Positions 61,193 through 64,000 of a DNA stretch of 64,000 nt are shown here, in pieces. The stretch spans positions 1 through 64,000 of the forward strand of contig JABANN010000023.1 of assembly GCA_013115125.1 (NCBI GenBank), given 5' to 3'. This DNA comes from Perkinsus olseni (taxonomy: Eukaryota). A program made the position numbers and the translations under genes. The notes beneath the pieces are model-generated. The model saw only the letters and a list, made by a program, of their open reading frames with translations, ran no database searches and was not told the DNA's origin. Positions within the stretch are counted from its first letter, which is position 1. Each line of letters starts with the position of its first letter.

Positions 61193-63093
61193 TCAATCTC
61201 GATGCGACGAGGACTCGATATTCGAGGGGGCCTGCTCTCCACCAGACTGCCCGTCCGAGGACACCGGAGGTCCGTCGTTATTCTTCTCACCCAGAAGCGC
61301 ATCCATCATAACCTAAAAGACAGGTGTGCCGCCCTTCACGAATGGAGACCTACTTGCCGGGCCGAGATGGCCATTGCTGCCTCGGCCACAGCGTCCTCCA
61401 CTTCTTGCGGCCTTTCGGTCTCCTTTATACTCCACAGCTGCAGCAAGTGGGGACCACCCCTGAACAGATGACGCCCGATGGCTCCACTCAGACGACAGAC
61501 GAACTCACCGTCGGCCAAGACTCAGCAGGGAGGCCTCGAACTCGGCCCAAGCCCCCGCTGGCAGCAGGGCTACTTGATCGCGTTGCTGCGCACCATCGAA
61601 TAGAAGTATCAAGTCCACCACGTCTGGCCGGTATGCTTGCTGGGGAGGAAACATCCTAAAGGGGACTACTGAAGAGAAGGCCTGTGCTGCAATGGTTCTG
61701 TTTACTTTATCATGGCGAAGCTCTTCGTCTTGAACAACCACAAGTCGATCCCCTCTCTAATTCTAACCACCCTTCCCGTCCACTTGACGGTCCTGTACTT
61801 GTACTTCTCGTCAAATGCTTTCACACTGTGGAGCGGGTTGCCAAGGTACGCCCTGACAGAGGACAAGGCTCGTCAGCTTGCCAAGGAGGGGCCGTCATCC
61901 ACCTGTCTCCACAGTCACTGAGGAAGTCCTTCCAAGTAACATCAATATCGGGTCCTCGGGGTATCATAGCCGGCTGCATCACGCCAGAGGAACGCGCCAT
62001 GTAGAATACGCCGATCACCCCAACGAGTGCCAAGAGAATAACAACGTATCTGATGGTGAGCAGCCACCATGACCAAACTCGATAACATAGCGGGTGTGTC
62101 CGGAGCATCCGCCCTCGAGTCGAACGGCAATCTATCTCCGGAGGACATTTCAGTCTGCTGCTGATGATGCAAGCCTTGAAGTGGCATGCCAGCGTTGAAG
62201 TTGCTGAAGGGATGCCAGAATGAGAACCCCTCTCCGTGTCGCTACTTTCTCGCCAAAACCACAGCACAGTGGCCGATGCGGAAGGTGAGGACATCGTTCT
62301 TGAAGTTGGTGGGTAGGGATATCTTCGACCGGGAGCCGACCTTATTGAGGCAGCTGGGGCAGCGGTGGACGGTATCCTTCAGTAAAGGCCATATCACTGA
62401 GAGGGAGAACATACTCGACCGGGGCCTTCACCATTCGGTTCGGGAAATCACAAAGACTATATCACAATAGGAATTTTGATGAAGGACTCCTTATAGCTTA
62501 TGAGAGCCGAGACATTCACTGGTAATCTAACAAGGGCTCCTTACAGCGGATATCCGACAAGTCGGGAGGGAAGGTAATGTAGTGAAGACAATAATATTAA
62601 TTATTAACGGTACCAACATTCCACCACATCGTCGTGACTAGCATGCACTAACTGTTATACAACCACCCTGCTGCGATACTAACCAATAGTCGAGAGCCGT
62701 GATCAGGCCCGTATGAACAGAAGGCCCCTACCTGGCAAAACACACACAGATAACCACTGGAGGACTAGTATTAGAAGGAGCGCCAGGAGGTAGGATACAA
62801 CGGACGGCTCGTGTGTCACGAAGGTAGTGATGTCCGCCCGGCAAAACGGGCATCGGCAGTTCACAGGCCTGAGGCAAAAGTAGAGTGCCGCACCGGTAGC
62901 TCTGAGACAAGGGTACGTACGACATGTCAAAGACAGGCCGCTTCTCTCCATCCGTACTCGACGCTGAAGACAGCGTCTCCGTGCCGGATTCACCGTCCAT
63001 CTCGACGTCGCCCTCCTCAGCGACCGCTGGCAGTGTGGGCACTTGGCGATACGTGTGGGCCTCCTTCCGACGCTGGCTGAACGCCCCCGTCAT
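61193..63093 (-). CDS. LITAF-like zinc-ribbon membrane protein with C-terminal extension
   Basis: PVNCRCPFCRADITTFVTHEPSVVSYLLALLLILVLQWLSVCVLP|VIWPLLKDTVHRCPSCLNKVG (CxxC - hydrophobic - HxCxxC), followed by a TM helix and a further domain. Confidence 0.88.
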
Positions 63094-63301
63094 TCGTACA
63101 GACTTTAAAATGTGAACCTTTCGGAGTCCTTGGCCGTCTGCGGATGCACAGCCACGCTCGAGCCCGCCCATCCCGACCAACCCACACTCTACAGGAACTT
63201 GAGTCGACATGACCGAGTTCGCCTGTCTCGTGCCCAAAGTGAAAATAATAATCGTCAAAAAGGATCAGCAACTACAGAATTCCCGCAATCTCGTCAGCAA
63301 A

Positions 63302-63797
63302 TCATCGTGGACACCCCGCAGCGATACCGTTGTACCGCGTCCGCTCCGCTGGCGTCAATAGCGACCACACGGCCGCCACATTCCGGGAGAAGTGATCCTC
63401 ACTCTCCGGGCCACCGTGAAGGAGACATCGAGCGCAATTACACACAAGGCGAGGATGGAACTCCTCACCCAGAAGCCTCTCGCCAGGCACCGTTACAGAT
63501 ATACCTGAGCAGCATTGACGACGACGCGGAGGGTGCAGCCGGCCCTTATCTACCTAGAGGACCGCCACGATCGCGCGTCTCTGTGCTGGGCGAGGTTCGC
63601 ATGAAGTTGGCCCGGGGGCACTGGACTCGTCGGACATGATGGCAAGCGACTCTGAGCCTCACCATGGCCAGTGTTGCCTCGATCGAATCACGACCGGAGT
63701 ACTGCACGCTGATGTCCTGAGGCGACGGTGTGGCAGCAAAGGGCGAGGAGTCTTCCACAAAAAACAAATTCCAAGATCTTTGTTTTCGCTGGTCCAT
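63302..63797 (-). CDS. Small hypothetical protein with a partial HMG-box-like C-terminus
   Basis: Last exon HFSRNVAAVWSLLTPAERTRYNGIAA resembles HMG-box helices 2-3; upstream splicing uncertain. Confidence 0.35.
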
Positions 63798-64000
63798 CGG
63801 TAATGCTCCAACCTCGGCGGTACACGGGACGTCACACGAATTGTTCGGCTCTTCCCCAGATGATAATCATAACCGGGTGGAGGAGGGAGTTCCGCCCGTA
63901 GTGCCAGAGGTGCGTTGCTGCGGGAAATTCACTATTTTTCGGGAATTTTATTAAAAAAACCATGAGGAAAAATATGTCCTTTTAGTTGGTAAGTCTATCT

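Noticed and set aside
61712-61921. Plus-strand ORF with an Oxa1-like LYLYFSSNAFTL segment
   Set aside because: Lies antisense to well-supported LITAF exons; no other Oxa1 motifs.

Overview
Gene-dense eukaryotic DNA with many short (~40-60 nt) GT-AG introns and very short intergenic spacers. Gene content (RAP, OHA/LOTUS, Mei2-like RRM, LITAF, alveolate-type aspartic protease) suggests a myzozoan alveolate, most likely Perkinsus (inference). The ORF track is fragmented by introns, so gene models were spliced by eye and some boundaries are approximate. Genes include the 3' end of NAD(P) transhydrogenase, a cyclophilin, CHCHD2-like, a TauD-family dioxygenase, a dual-specificity phosphatase, BTB, RAP, Mei2-like, an EF-hand protein, a degenerate RluA-like protein, a CW/chromo chromatin reader, TFIP11, GT90 and GT34 glycosyltransferases, a giant coiled-coil protein, three APC (PUT/RMV1-like) polyamine/amino-acid transporters, RPL15, an OHA/LOTUS protein, an aspartic protease and a LITAF protein. 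The top candidate for a new system is the 8-codon uORF MFYVWEPS*, conserved in front of two of the three transporter paralogs. It ends in the Pro-Ser-stop motif known from polyamine/eIF5A-controlled uORFs such as fungal HOL1, which suggests convergent polyamine-sensing translational control. Also notable: a 260-bp hAT-type MITE with an exact 8-bp TSD inside an intron, two CaaX-terminated proteins (a cyclophilin and a lamin/CENP-F-like coiled coil), and a KNTF...RxxS/TxP motif shared by two unrelated RNA-binding proteins.
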